A stretch of DNA of 64,000 nt from Felis catus (GCF_018350175.1 NC_058368.1:108006001-108070000), one strand, 5' to 3'; positions 38,901 to 52,633 are shown, counted from the first letter of the stretch. Numbers and translations are program-made. Notes: generated from the letters alone by a model not told the origin.

Positions 38901-39914
38901 AATCACTTGTCAAAAATTAACACCTGAGGAGACAGCAGAGTCCTGTGAGACCTGAGTGCTCTGAATGAGCTTGGGAAGTGATGGGCCCACCAGGCACTTC
39001 GCTGAAGACCTGGTCTCAGATTCACTTCTCATTAAAATGATAAAGGTTCCTAGCTGGGGCACACTTCTCAAGACTAGCCATTCCTAACCTTAAATAAGAG
39101 CGTGACCTGTTGGGACCTGTCACTGTTGCTGCAGTGTAAGCCTGGAAAGGTGTAGTGAGGAAAAGCACTGCTTATGGTTGGTCAACAATAAGGAACAAAC
39201 AAGCGGTGCCTCGTGTTTTAGTGAATTCGGTGTTCCTACTACATTTTAGTATATGTCACAGCACCAATAGAAACAATTTTAAAGAATTATTCAAATGATT
39301 TATTGCCTATCCATTATAGCTATCAGTAATGCCTTCAAGCCAGCATTTAGCCCTGTACAGTGTCTAGGCATAGTGGATGCAAGATAAACAGACTATCTTT
39401 GCTTTGTAAAGAAATCTAGCAGATAGGAAGATTTCGAATGGAAAATACAGTGTATTTTGTGAGCTTATTACTGGCATTTAACCTCTAGAGGGACGCAAAA
39501 AAATACATCTCATAGAAGTAGAAGTTGACTCCTGAAGTTTGATTAGAAATTTGCTAGGAGGGAAAAAAAAATTGATAGGTGAAGAGAGAAAAGAATATTC
39601 CAGAAAGAGGAAGTACTATATGGAAAGTTATTGAAGTGGGAAGTTGCTTGAAAAACTTTAATACAAAATAAATTAAATAGGATTCATTCCAAAAACACTT
39701 TTGGGAAGATCTACTATGTATAGAAGGTACTTATGGTAAGTGTGAAGAATACAAAAGTGACCAAGAAGTCTTTGAGGAAGTATGGGACCACAGCAAGTAA
39801 GCATTTGATTAACATACAGTGTCGGAGGTACCCAGTGCTGGGGTTGTCCCTCAGGAACATATAACCCGGACGTATAAAGGACAGGTAAGTAATGACTGTC
39901 TAAAGAGAAACCCA

Positions 39915-40075
39915 GGGGTGCCTGGGCGGCTCACTCGGTTAGGCATTTGACTTTGGCTCAGGTCAGTATTTCCTCATTCGGGAGTTCAAGCCCTGCATAG
40001 GGCTCTCTGCTGTCAGCACCGAGCCCACTCTGGATCCTCTCTGTCTCTCAAAAACAAACATTAAAAAAATTTTAA
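39915..40075 (+). mobile_element. Can-SINE within L2/MIR remnants of LYRM7 intron 1
   Basis: SINE head with TSD-like AAGAGAAACC / AAGGGAAACC. Confidence 0.85.
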
Positions 40076-40299
40076 GGGAAACCTGGTTCCGAAAATTTCC
40101 CATATACTCTTAATATTAATCCATTTTAAGAAAATTGAGACAAAGGCTGAGTAACTTGTCCAAGCTTAAAATAAATGTCAATGTCCTATTCCAACTGATC
40201 TGCCTGTAACAAAAATCCACTTTCCATATATGCTACCTAAATTATCTAATATAAGCATATGAGGAAGAGAACATAATCTGTAACTTAGTTTTCTTCCTT

Positions 40300-43200
40300 T
40301 TAATAAAAAAATTTTTAATATGAAATTTATTGTCAAATTGGATTCCATACAACACCCAGTGTTCATCCCAATGGGTGCCCTCCTCAATGCCTATCACCCA
40401 CTTTTCCTTCCCTCCCACCCCCCATCAACCCTCTGTTTATTCTCAGTTTTTAGGATCCACATAAGAGTGAAAATATATGGTATCTGTCTTTCTCTGTATG
40501 ACTGATTTCACTTAGCATAAGTCTCTCCACTTCCATCCATGTTGCTACAAAGGGCCATATTTCATTCTTTGTTATTGCCAGGTAGTATTCCATTGTGTTT
40601 ATAAACCACAATTTCTTTATCCATTCATCAGTTGATGGACATTTAGGCTCTTTCCATAATTTGGCTATTGTTGACAGTGCTGCTATAAACATTGGGGTAC
40701 AAGTGGCCCTATGCATCAGTACTCCTGTATCCCTTGGGTAAATTCCTAGCAGTGCTATTGCTGGGTCATAAGGTAGATCTATTCTTAATTTTTTGAGGAG
40801 CCTCCACACTGTTTTCCAGAGTCTTGCACCAGTTTGCATTCCCACCAAAAGTGCAAGAGGGTTCCCATTTCTCCACATCCTCTCCAGCATCTATAGTCTC
40901 CTGATTTGTTCATTTTAGCCACTCTGACTGGCATGAGGTAATATCTCAGTTTGGTTTTGATTTGTATTTCCCTGATGAGTGACGTTGAGCATCTTTTCAT
41001 GTGCCTGTTGGCCATCTGGATGTCTTCCTTAGAGAAGTGTCTATTCATGTCTTCTACCCATTTCTTCACCGGATTGTTTTTCAGGTGTGGAGTTGGTGAG
41101 TTCTTAATAGATTTTGGAAACTAGCCCTTTGTCCGATATGTCATTTGCAAATATCTTTTCCCATTCTGTCGGTTGCCTGTTAGTTTTGTTGATGGTTTCC
41201 TCTGCAGTGCAGAAGCTTTTTATCTTCATGAGGTCCCAATAGTTCATTTTTGCTTTTAATTCCCTTGCCTTTGGAGATGTGTCGAGTAAGAAATTGCTGT
41301 GGCTGAGGTCAAAGAGGTTTTCTCCTGCTTTCTCCTCTAGAGTTTTGATGGTTTCCTGTCTCACATTCAAGTCCTTCATCCATTTTGAGTTTATTTTTGT
41401 GAATGGTGTGAGAAAGTGGTCTAGTTTCATTCTTCTGTATGTTGCTGTCCAGTTCTCCCAGCACCATTTGTTAAAGAGACTGTCTTTTTTCCATTGGGTA
41501 TTCTTTCCTGCTTTGTCAAAGATGAGTTGGCCATACTTTTGTGGGTCTAGTTCTGGGGTTTCTATTCTATTCCATTGGTCTGTATGTCTGTTTTTGTGCC
41601 AGTACCATGCTATCTTGATGATTACAGCTTTGTAGTAGAGGCTAAAGTGTGGAATTGTGATGCCTCCCTCTTTGGTCTTCTTCTTCAATATTTACTTTGG
41701 CTATTTGAGGCTTTTTGTGGTTCCATACAAATTTTAGGATTGCTTGTTCTAGCTTCGAGAAGAATGCTGGTGCAATTTTGATTGGGATTGCATTGAATGT
41801 GTAGATTGCTTTGGGTGGTATTGACATTTTAACAATATTTATTCTTCCAATCCATGAACACGGTATGTTTTTCCATTTCTTTATATCTTCTTCAATTTCT
41901 TTCATCAGCTTTCTATAGTTTTCAGCATACAGGTCTTTTCCATCTTTGGTTAGATTTATCCCTAGGTATTTTATGCTTCTTGGTGCAATTGTGAATTGGA
42001 TCAGTTTCTTTATTTGTCTTTCTGTTGCTTCATTATTAGTGTATAAAAATGCAACTGATTTCTGTACATTAATTTTGTATCCTGTGATGTTGCTGAATTC
42101 ATTATCAGTTCTAGCAGACTTTTGGTGGATTCTTTTGGGTTTTCTATGTATGCATGTCATCTGCAAAAAGTGAAAGCTTGACTTCATCTTTGCCAATTTT
42201 GATCCCTTTTATTTCCTTTTGTTGTCTGATTGCTGATGCTAGCACTTCAACACTATGTTAAACAACAGCGGTGAGAGTGGACATCCCTGTCCTCTTCCTG
42301 ATCTCAAGGGGAAAGCTCTCAGTTTTTCCCCACTGAGGATGATATTAGCTGTAGGCTTTTCATAAATGGCTTTTATGATGTTTAAATATGTTCCTTCTAT
42401 TCTGACTTTCTCGAGGGTTTTTATTAAGAAAGGATGCTGAATTTTGTCAAATGCTTTTTCTCCATCAATTGACAGGATCATATGGTTCTTTTCTTTTATT
42501 AATGTGATGTATCACATTAATTGATTTGCAAATATTGAACCAACCCTGCAGCCCAGGAATGAATCCCACTGGATCATGGTGAATAATTCTTTTTTTATGC
42601 TGTTGAATTCTATTTGCTAGTATCTTACTGAGAATTTTTGCATCCACATTCATCAGGGATACTGGCCTGTAGCTTTCTTTTTTTGCTGGGTCTCTGGTTT
42701 GGAATCAAAGTAATGGTGGCTTCATAGAATGAGTCTGGAAGTTTTCCTTCCCTTTCTATTTTTTGGAACAGCTTGGGAAGGATAGGTATTATTTCTGCTC
42801 TAAATGTCTGGTAGAATTCCCCAGGGAAGCCATCTGGTCCTGGACTATTTGTTGGGAGATTTTTGATAAGTGGTTCAATTTCTTCACTGGTTATGGGTCT
42901 GTTCAAGTTTTCTATTTCTTCCTGTTTGAGTTTGGAAGTGGGTGGTTGCTTAGGAATTTGTCCCATTTCTTCCAGGTTGTCCAGTTTGTTGGCAAATAAT
43001 TTTTCATAGTATTCCTTGATAATTGCTTGTATTTCTGAGGGACTGGTTGTAATAATTCCATTTTCATTCATGATTTTATCTATTTGGGTCATCTCCTTTT
43101 TTCTTTTTGAGAAGCCTGGCTAGAGGTTTATCAATTTTATTTTTTCAAAAAACCAACTCTTGGTTTCATTGATCTGCTCTACAGTTTTTTTAGATTCTAT

Positions 43201-45680
43201 ATCGTTTATTTCTGCTCTGATCTTTATTATTTCTCTTCTTCTGCTGGGTTTGGGGTGTCTTTGCTGTTCTGCTTCTATTTCCTTTAGGTGCGCTGTTAGA
43301 TTTTGCATTTGGTATTTTTCTTGTTTCTTGAGATAGGCCTGAGTTGCAATGTATTTTCCTCTCAGGATTGCCTTCACTGCATCCCAAAGCGTTTGGATTG
43401 TTGTATTTTCATTTTCGTTTGTTTCCACATATTTTTTGATTTCTTCTCTAATTGCCTGGTTGACCCACTCATTCTTTAGTAGGGTGTTCTTTAACCTCCA
43501 TGCTTTTGGAGGTTTTCCATTTTTTTTCCTGTGGTTGATTTCAAGCTTCATGGCACTGTGGTCTGAAAGTGTGCATGGTATGATCTCAATTCTTTTATAC
43601 TTATGAAGGGCTGTTTTGGGACCCAGTATGTGATCTATCTTGGAGAATGTTCCATGTGCACTCGAGAAGAAAGTATATTCTGTTGCTTTTGGATGCACAG
43701 TTCTGAATGTATCTGTCAAGTCTATCTGATCCAGTGTATCATTCAGGGCCCTTGTTTCTTTATTGATCTTGTGTCTAGATGTTGTATCCATTGTTGTAAG
43801 TGGGGTATTAAAGTCCCCTGCAGTGACCACATTCTTATCAATAAGGTTGCTTATGTTTGTCATTAATCATTTTATATATTTGGGGGCTCCCGTATTCAGC
43901 ACATAGACATTTATAATTGTTAGCTCTTCCTGATGGATAGACCCTGTAACTATTATATAATGTCCTTCTTCATCTCTTGTTTCAGCCTTTAACTTAAAGT
44001 CTAGTTTGTCTGATATAAGTATGGCTACTCCAGCTTTCTTTTGACTTCCAGTAGTAGCATGATAAATAGTTCTCCATCCCCTCACTCTCAATCTGAAGGT
44101 GTCTTCAGGTCTAAAATGAGTCTCTTGTAGACAGCAAATAGATGGGTCTTGGTTTTGTTTTGTTTTGTTTTGTTTTTACCCATTCTGATACCCTATGTCT
44201 TTTGGTTGGAGCATTTAGTCCATTTACATTCAGTGTTATTATTGAAAGATACGGGATTTAGAATCATTGTGATGTCTGTAGGTTTCATGCTTTTAGTGAT
44301 GTCTCTGGTACTTTGTGGTCCTTGCAACATTGCACTCGCAGAATCTCCCTTAGGATCTCTTGTAGGGCTGGTTTAGTGATGATGAATTCCTTCAGTTTTT
44401 GTTGTTTGGGAAAACCTTTATCTCTCCTTCTATTCTGAATGACAGACTTGCTGGATAAAGGAATGTTGACTGCAAATTTTTTTGTTCATCACATTGAAGA
44501 TTTCCTGCCATTGCTTTCTGACCTGCCAAGTTTCACTACATAGGTCTGCTACTATTCTTATGTGTCTACCTTTGTAAGTTAGAGCCTGTTTATCCCTCAC
44601 TGCTTTCAGAATTTTCTCTTTATTCTTGTATTCTGCCAGTTTCACTATGATATGTCATGCAGAAGATTGATTTAAGTTACATCTGAGGGGAATTCTCTGT
44701 GCCTCTTGGATTTCAATGCCTTATTCCTTCCCCAGATCAGGGAACTTCTCAGCTATGAGAAGTTCAGCCCCTTTCTCTCTCTTCTTCTTCTGGAATTCCT
44801 ATTATACGGATATTGTTCCATTTGATTGCATCACTTAGTTCTCTAATTCTCCCCTTATACTCCTGGATTTTTTTATCTCTCTTTTTCTCAGCCTCCTCTT
44901 TTTCTATAATTTTATCTTCTAATTCCCCTATTCCCTCCTCTGCCTCTTCAATCCGTGCTATGGCTGCCTCCATTTTATTTTGCAGCTCATTTATAGCATT
45001 TTTTACCTCCTCATGACTATTTGTTAGTCCCTTGATCTCTGTAGCAATAGATTCTGTGCTGTCCTCTATGCCTTTTTCAAGCCCAGCGATTAATTTTATT
45101 ACTGTTATTCTAAATTCTTGTTCCGTTATATTGCTTAAATCTTTTTTGATCAATTCGTTAGTTGTCGCTACTTCCTGGAGTTTCTTTTGAGGAGAATTCT
45201 TCTGTTTCATCATTTTGGGTAGTCCCTTTCGTAGCTCCAAACTGCAGGGCACTTCTGTGCTCTCCGGAGTAACTTGTGTTGGTGGGCAGGGCTGCAGTCA
45301 GACCCAATGTCTGCCCCCAGCCCACCGCTGGGGCCACAGTCAGACTTGTGTGTACCTTATCTTCCCCTCTCCCAGAGGCAGGACTCACTGTGGAGTGGTG
45401 TGGCCCCTGTCTGGGCTTCTTGCGCACTGCCAGGCTTGTGGTGCTGCTTCGATGGTATCTGGCCAAGGGCGTTTTAGCCGGGGTGGATCCGCAACGTGCA
45501 CAGGGGTGGGAGGGTTAGGCTTAGCTAGCTTTGCCTTTGGTGGTCTCCTGTGGGAGGGGCCCTGCAGCACCGGAGTGATGGATCCACAGAAGCACAGCGT
45601 TGGGCATTTGCGGGGTGCAAGCAAGTGCGGTGACAGGAACTGGTTCCCTTTGGAATATCAGCTGGGGAATGGGAGTATTG
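40300..45680 (-). mobile_element. Near-full-length felid L1 (partial 5'UTR, ORF1, ORF2, 3'UTR), antisense in LYRM7 intron 1, inactivated by frameshifts
   Basis: ORF1 fragments at 44764-45252 and 44430-44645. ORF2 endonuclease (AGDFNTPL, FSKIDHILG, SDH), RT FADDM at 42167-42153, and C-terminal CWRGCGE..H.WWEC. CpG-containing 5'UTR at about 45250-45680. Confidence 0.95.
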
Positions 45681-45714
45681 ATGACATTTTCTTTTCCTTA
45701 CACTAGTTCCTTTA

Positions 45715-46905
45715 AGTTTTCATTTAAAGTCCAGTTAATATACAATATAATATTAGGTATACAGTTACACAGGTAATACCTGTAATACAGGTATTACAAT
45801 ACCTGGTGCTCATCATCACTGCCCTCCTGAATCCCTCTCACCTACATAGTCCATCCCCCTGCACCACCACCTCCCCACTGGTAACCATCAGTTTGTCCTG
45901 TATAGTTTAGGGTCTGTTTCTTGGTTTACTTCTCTGTTTCTTTTTTCCCTTTGCTCATTTATTTTGTTTCTTAAATTCCACCCATGAGTGAAATCATATG
46001 GTATTTGTCTTTCTCTGACTGACTTATTTCACTTAGCATAATACTCTCAAGTTCCATCCATGTCATTGCAAATGGTAAGATTTCATTCTTTTTGATGGCT
46101 GAGTAGTATTCCATTTTGTATATATATATTTACCACATCTTCTTTATCCATTCATCACTTGATGGACACTTGAACTGTTTCCATAATTTTGCTATTGTAA
46201 ATAATGCTAATATAAACATCAGGATGCATATAACCCATTAAATTAGTATTTTCATATTCTTTGAGTAAATACCTAGTAGTGCAATTGCTGGATCATAGGG
46301 CAGTTCTATTTTTAACTTTCTGAGAAACCTCCATAAAGTTCTCAAGAGTAGTTGCACCAGTTTGCATTCCCACAACACTGCAAGAGGGTTCCCCTTTCAC
46401 CACATCCTCGCCAATACCTGTTATTTCTTGTGTTTTTGAGTTGAGCCATTCTGACAGGTGTGAGGGCATATCTCGTTGTGGTTTTGATTTGTATTTCCCT
46501 GATGATGAGTGACGTTAAGTGCCTTCATTTGTCTGTTAGTGATCTGTGTGCCTTTTGGAAATGTCTATTTATGTCTTCTGCCCCTTTTTAATTGGATTAT
46601 TCATCTTTTGAGTATTGAGTTTTATAAGTTCTTTGTATGTTTTAGATATTAACCCTTTATCAGATATGTCATTTGCAAATATCTTCTCCCATCCTGGAGG
46701 TTGCCTTTTAGTTTTGTGGATGACTTCCTTTGCTGTGCAGAAGCCTTTTATTTTGATGTAGTCCCAATAGTTTATTTTTGCTTTTGCTTCCCTTGCCTCA
46801 GTAGACATACCTAGTTTGAAGTTGCAATGGACAATGTCAAATAGGATTTTTATGGTTTCATATCTAACATTTAAGTCTTTAATCTATTTTGAATTTATTT
46901 TTGTG
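45715..46905 (-). mobile_element. 5'-truncated carnivore L1 3' end
   Basis: ORF2 C-terminal peptide ([19 protein letters not shown]...[17 protein letters not shown]), and TSD TA(C/T)ACTAGTTC at 45699-45709 and 46906-46916. Confidence 0.88.
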
Positions 46906-47059
46906 TATACTAGTTCTTAAATTAGGGACACTGGCTTTTGTATTAATGACATTACTTTCTTTTTTCCCTAAACAGCATGTAAAATTAACTTTACATTTCC
47001 CTCAATCCCATGCAACTTGTCTTCCACCATTCTTGTAATATTAAACTGCCTAGGTTTCT

Positions 47060-47688
47060 ATGATACTCGATTACCTTTAAAGTCCATATTTCTACAAACA
47101 GTCTTTTCAAGGCAGTCTCAGCTTTTACTGTCACACCTTCAAAATTCTTTCAGACTCTACACATCTCGATTTAAAGCCACTTCCATATTTTTAGGTACTT
47201 GTTATAGTGGTACCCAACTTCCCAGTATTAAAATCTGTTTTAGTTTCCTATGGCTAGGTGGCTTAAGGCAACAGAAGTGTATTGTCTCATAGTTCTGGAG
47301 GCTAGAAATGAAATGAAATGAAAATGAGAATGTAAAGAAATGAAAGTGCCAGGAGAGCCATGCTCCCTCTGAAACTGGGTAGAGTCTCCCCAGCTTCTGA
47401 TGGTGGCTGTCAATCTTTGATGTTCGTTGGCTTGTTGGCTTGCTCTTACCTCACTCTAATGTTTGTCTCCATCTTCATATGGCAGTCTGTGTGTGTCTCT
47501 GTGTTCACATGGCATTTTCCTCTTAAGGATACCAGTTATATTGTATCCATTAAAGTGGAGTCCACTTTAATGACCTCATCTTAATTATATCTTTAATGAC
47601 CCTATTTCCAAATAAAGTCACATTTACAAGTACTAGGGACTAGGACTTCAACATGTCCTTTGGGGGAAGCACAATTCGTGCTATAACG
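47060..47688 (-). mobile_element. MLT1B/C-like LTR (about 47237-47688) with adjoining MLT1 internal fragment
   Basis: GGTGGCTTAAGGCAACAGAAGTGTATTGTCTCATAGTTCTGGAGGCTAG and ACCCTATTTCCAAATAAAGTCACATT; internal-like AAAGCCACTTCCATATTTTTAGGTA. Confidence 0.75.
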
Positions 47689-47689
47689 G

Positions 47690-49560
47690 TATGGGTATAT
47701 CACATTTTATTTACCTATTCATGAATTGATAGAAAATTGGGTTGTTTCTACTTTTTTGACTATTGTGAATAATGGTACTGTAATCGTTCATGTATAAGTT
47801 TTTATATAAGGGTATGTTTTCATTTCTCTTGGATATATACCTAAGCATGGAATTGCTAGAAAATGTGGTAACTTTATGTTCAACTTTTTGAGCAGCTGCC
47901 CAACTATTTTCCAGACAGCTGCACCATTTTACATTCGTACCAACCATGTATGAGTTCTAATTTTTGCACATTCTTGCAATGCTTGTTACTGATTTTCTTT
48001 TTCGTTATAGCCATTCTGCTGGGGTTAAGTGTATTTCACTGAGATTTACATTTATATTTCCCAGATGCCAGATTATGTTAAGCATCTTTTCATGGTCTTA
48101 ATGACCATTTGTCTATCTTTAGAGAAATGTCTGTTCATATCCTTTGTCTGTGTTTTTATTGTTGAGTTGTGAAAGTTCTTATTATGTTCTAGATACTGTC
48201 CCCTTACCAGATATATGGTTGGTAAATATTTTCTTCCAATGTGTGCTTGTCTTTAACTCTTTTTTGATAAAGTCGTTTCACTTTCTGTTTAAAAAAATTT
48301 TTTTTAAGTTTTTATAAAGGTGATCAATGTGAAAAGTTTAAGAAGTCAAATAGTGTTAAACAGAAACTAATAGATGTCTCCTTCCTTCTACATACTCCCA
48401 ATTCCTGCTTCCCAGAGATAAGTGCTTTTAGTCATTTTAGCTATTTTCATATTTACCTCCATGTTTCTAAATAACATGTTTAAACTGCTATTCATTGGGT
48501 TTTTTTTCTCTTTGAGGATAATTATTTACTGACTTTTAACAATGGAAGTTAAGGACCAAGCTAAGCTCCCTCCTTATACCTTAGTCTTCTTGTTATATAA
48601 CTTTTGGTGTATCAGTTTTCATTTTTGATATTACTATGACTGTATAAAATTGTCCACAGTTGAGTCCTCTAATATATGATTACATTGCCTTTCTTTTCTA
48701 ATTCTTTGTTTTTCTTGAAATTAATAATTTTGTTTTTATTATCATTGGTTAGTTTCCTACTTATCTGTTCCCAAATTCAGTTTGATTTTTTTCCTAGGAA
48801 CATCTTTTCTAGAGCAGTTCAACCTTGGCTGTAGTCTAGACTCTTTTCCAGGGTGGGCACACAAATGCTGACATGTATTTGTCCTCCACCATCATCTCTG
48901 TGTTGGATCACCTGTCTCACTGGTTCCCATGTGTTTTCTTTTGTAGTTCATCCCCTTGTGAAGCATTTGCATTTTTGAAAATGTCTGTTTGCCTTTGTAG
49001 TTAGGTGATAGTTTAGCTATGTATGGTATTTTGAGCTGGACATTTTTTTTTTTTTTCAAAGCTTGAAAATCTTAAACCATTGTCTTCTCATAATGATGTT
49101 ATTTAGAAGTCAAGTGCCAGTCTGATTTTCTGTTTTTTATATGTGAGTTGTTTTTTATCTTTGAGATTTTACTTTCTTTTTTTTTTTTTTTTTTTTTTTT
49201 TTAGCATTGTGCTGAACTTATATCATGATGTCCTATCGTATGGGTTTTGTGTTGGGTACTTGGTGAAACTTTATCAATCTAGTATCTCAAGTGCCTTAGT
49301 TGGTGATATTTTCTTAATTTTCTCCCCCTTTTAATTTCCTTTGTCTGTTTTCTCTGTTCCCTCTTGTTGGAAATCCTATTAATGTAATTGTTGGTTCATC
49401 TAGATTATGCTCTTAATTTTCTTTCTTTTCTCCCCTCAGTTTATACCTCTGAATTTTTATTCTACTTCTCAACTGTTTTTCTCAACTTAATATTTGCTAT
49501 CACTCATTTGCTATCTGAGAGCTTTTGGGAATTTTCTGAATGTTTCTTTGTTAATTTACT
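47690..49560 (-). mobile_element. Old degenerate L1 fragments
   Basis: T-rich antisense L1 ORF2 3' sequence; ORF 47711-47947 is L1-like. Confidence 0.65.
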
Positions 49561-50667
49561 ATAACTTCTTTTTATTGTTACAACGTCTTTGCAGTCACTT
49601 TGTTTCTGAGTAAGTTCATTGTGATAGTTTGGTTTTTGTTTTGTTTTATTTATTTATTTATTTATTTATTATTTGTTTATTATTTATTTATTTTATTTTA
49701 TTTATTTATTTTTTGCTACATGTTTCTTGTTTCTGTTTTGGTGTCTGTCTTTGATGTTTGGTAAATATATGTAAATATTTAAGACCATTCCTAGCACACA
49801 GGATATACTCAGTAAATAAATATTAGGTATTTTGTCTAGTGAATAAACTAGAGGAGAGGAGGGAATGGGGGCAGAGTGACAAATCTGTGTTAAGTAGTCT
49901 AAGCTAAATGATCACCCATCTACAGAGGCAGGTAGACATTTTCAAAAATGCAAATGCTCTACCACAAGAGGATGAACTTGAATAATGTTCAGGGATGGAG
50001 AATATCGAAAACATTATAGAGACATTCCTAAGGTTTCCACATGAAAAGTAATGTAGACTTAAAGAATCACCTAAAGATTTCAAGCTTGAGAAATTCAGTG
50101 TCTCCTATTCTCTGAAATTAAGAAGACAGGAGAAAAAGCAATATTGGGGCAACAGGATTGAGTATGTTTTTAGATTTGAGAAGTGCGAAGTAGACTTAGT
50201 TTAACGCTAAAGACTCTACATAGTCTGTCTTCTACCCAAATGTCAGGCTTTGTTCTCTATTTCTTTAACATAGCCTTAGAATATTCATTAGTCTCAGTAT
50301 TCTGCTTCTCTTTTGGGAAATCACAATCACACTTTGTTAAATTATCTGTAACATCTTGCTTCTTGGTCTCTTAAGATATATACCAGGTTCATGAGTTTGT
50401 GTATGTGTGTGTATAACTTTAAGAACAGATGAAGTCCTCAATATGTTAAGAAAAGTGAGAGTACAAACCAGACTGACAAAGTTTGTTAGTAGTTGATAGT
50501 ATACTGGTTTTGACAGGGGGATTATTAACTTTTTGACCATCCCTTGTTTTTTCCAAGAACTTGGTATTATTTTTTAAATAAAGCTATTTTTTTTTTATTT
50601 AAAGATAAATAATGAAGGGAAAGTTATTTTGGCAAATCCTCATTTTCACCAGCTACTTTGAAATATA

Positions 50668-50885
50668 GGGGCGCCTGGGTGGCTCAGTCGGTTAAGCGTC
50701 TGACTTCAGCTCAGGTCATGATCTCGTAGTCTGTGAGTTCGAGCCCCACGTTGGGCTCTGTGCTGACAGCTCAGAGCCTGGAGCCTGCTTCAGAGTTTGT
50801 CTCCCTCTCTCTCTGCCCTTCCCCTGCTCCTGCTGTGTCTCCCTCTGTCTCAAAAATAAAAAAAAAACATTTTTAAAAAATTAAA
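50668..50885 (+). mobile_element. Can-SINE about 115 bp upstream of LYRM7 exon 2
   Basis: Full SINE head, CT tract and A tail. Confidence 0.93.
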
Positions 50886-51000
50886 GAAAAATAGTCTAAG
50901 TAACAAACAGGAAAGAAATGCTGTTGAATCCTTGTAATTATATAAAATGTGAATTTTTTTTCTTTTGAGATCTGAATTCTAATTTTTTTTTCTTTTACAG

Positions 51001-51073
51001 GTTTTACAGCTCTTTAAAACATTACACAGGACCAGACAACAGGTTTTTAAAAATGATACCAGAGCATTAGAAG
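51001..51073 (+). CDS. LYRM7: LYRM7 coding exon 2 ([24 protein letters not shown]+G)
   Basis: Acceptor TTTTCTTTTACAG|, donor G|GTAGGT. The manual translation matches LYRM7, including the variant LYR-type motif LFK. Confidence 0.96.
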
Positions 51074-52562
51074 GTAGGTTTACTTTTTGCTCCTTTGGAG
51101 TAAGTGCATTCTTCACATGGCTACTGATATATCCAAGAAAACTTGTATGGTCAAGACCCATCTTAGAGAGTGATCTTCACTATCTCTCCCCTAATGTTGT
51201 TATGTTTTGTAAAGATTGGTTTACATTACACTTCTTTGAGGCATATCTTCTTTAAAAATTTTTAAAGATCAAGTTCTTACAAAAAATCAGAATTTCAATG
51301 TGATCGTTTGCTTGCTTTATGTTCGAGCCATTAAACTTACTCCTCTATTATATAATCCCATTTTCACACTCTTGGACCAGATACTACCATATAGTTAATG
51401 CCTTGTTTCATGCTCAAAGCGATAGTAGTGCTGAAAGAGAACCTATCCCAAACGATTATAATTTAGTATTTCACTGTTTTAAGTGGCTTCTTATCTGGAA
51501 ATCAGAGCTCTAAAGCTTAGTTTCTATGTTGTCATGTTCAGTATCTATCTTAATATATTTCTAAAACTCTTTGAGAGGGCACTTAGATAGTGTCCTCACT
51601 ATTCCCCAGGAATTCAAGTTTTTGTAATTCACCAAAAATAATTTCTTGAATATTAAAGTGTATACTTCATTTTGTATATACTTTACCAAATTCATTTAAT
51701 CCTACATCCCTGTGAGTTACTATTATAATTTCTGTTTTCTTCAGATGACAAAATTGACAAAATGTGAAAGAATTTCTCCCACATCGTATTTAGTGAGAGG
51801 TACAATTGGAATTTAGCCTAAGCAGTTTGGGTGCAAAGCCCAAATCTTCACCATCTTATGTATCGAAATATATCAATATATCAAGCAGCTTTTCTGGCTA
51901 TTCTCCATCAGCAGCATATTTTTGTTACTTTAAGTGTTTTCAAGTGACATAAGAACAGTTAACCTTACATAATTACTAAGCACTTTACATGGGTTGCTCT
52001 ATTCAATGTTCACAGCATCAATAAGGCAGTTGTTAGATTAGACTAAATTGTGCTATAATGATGCCAAGTGTCAGTGGTGTACGTGAACAAAAGGTTTATC
52101 ACTCACTTTACATGTTAGCCAAGACACTTATATATATATTTTGTTCCTATGTCTTTGTCTGTGTGTGTGTGTGTGTGGTTTAACATGCTTGTGTATATTC
52201 GGTTTTGCCATTTTAAAGCATTTTAATTGTAATTTTTAGATTTATGGAAAACATTAAATGGGATCTATTAGAGTCTAGTAGCTGGAGGTACACAAATGAA
52301 ACTGGAAGTAAAAAGCAGAAAACAAAAATATTAGAGCATTAAGAATGTATTCAGTTTAATTAGAAATTTGCCAGCCTGTCAAAAGCTCTCCAAGACACTT
52401 GTTTAATAAATATCTTGTTTTTTTTATCATTTGTTTTACATGAGGCAAAACTATCTTGACTACTAGAGAAGTAGTCATTCATAATGAATAACCTATAAAT
52501 TCTTGGGGCAGGAATTATAAATTAGAAAAGAAATAATTGTATATATATTTTTCTTTCTCTAG

Positions 52563-52633
52563 CAGCCAGAATAAAGATAAATGAAGAATTCAAAAGTAAT
52601 AAAAGTGAAACTTCTCACAAGAAAATAGAAGAG
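52563..52633 (+). CDS. LYRM7: LYRM7 coding exon 3 ((A)ARIKINEEFKSNKSETSHKKIEE)
   Basis: Acceptor TTTCTCTAG|CA, donor GAG|GTACAG. 71 nt, phase-compatible with exons 2 and 4. Contains the conserved LYRM-family Phe (EEF). Confidence 0.96.

Noticed and set aside
38027..38913. Several 60-124-aa ORFs over the LYRM7 promoter
   Set aside because: These are chance ORFs in a CpG island. Only MGQAAK is supported, by splicing to LYRM7 exon 2.
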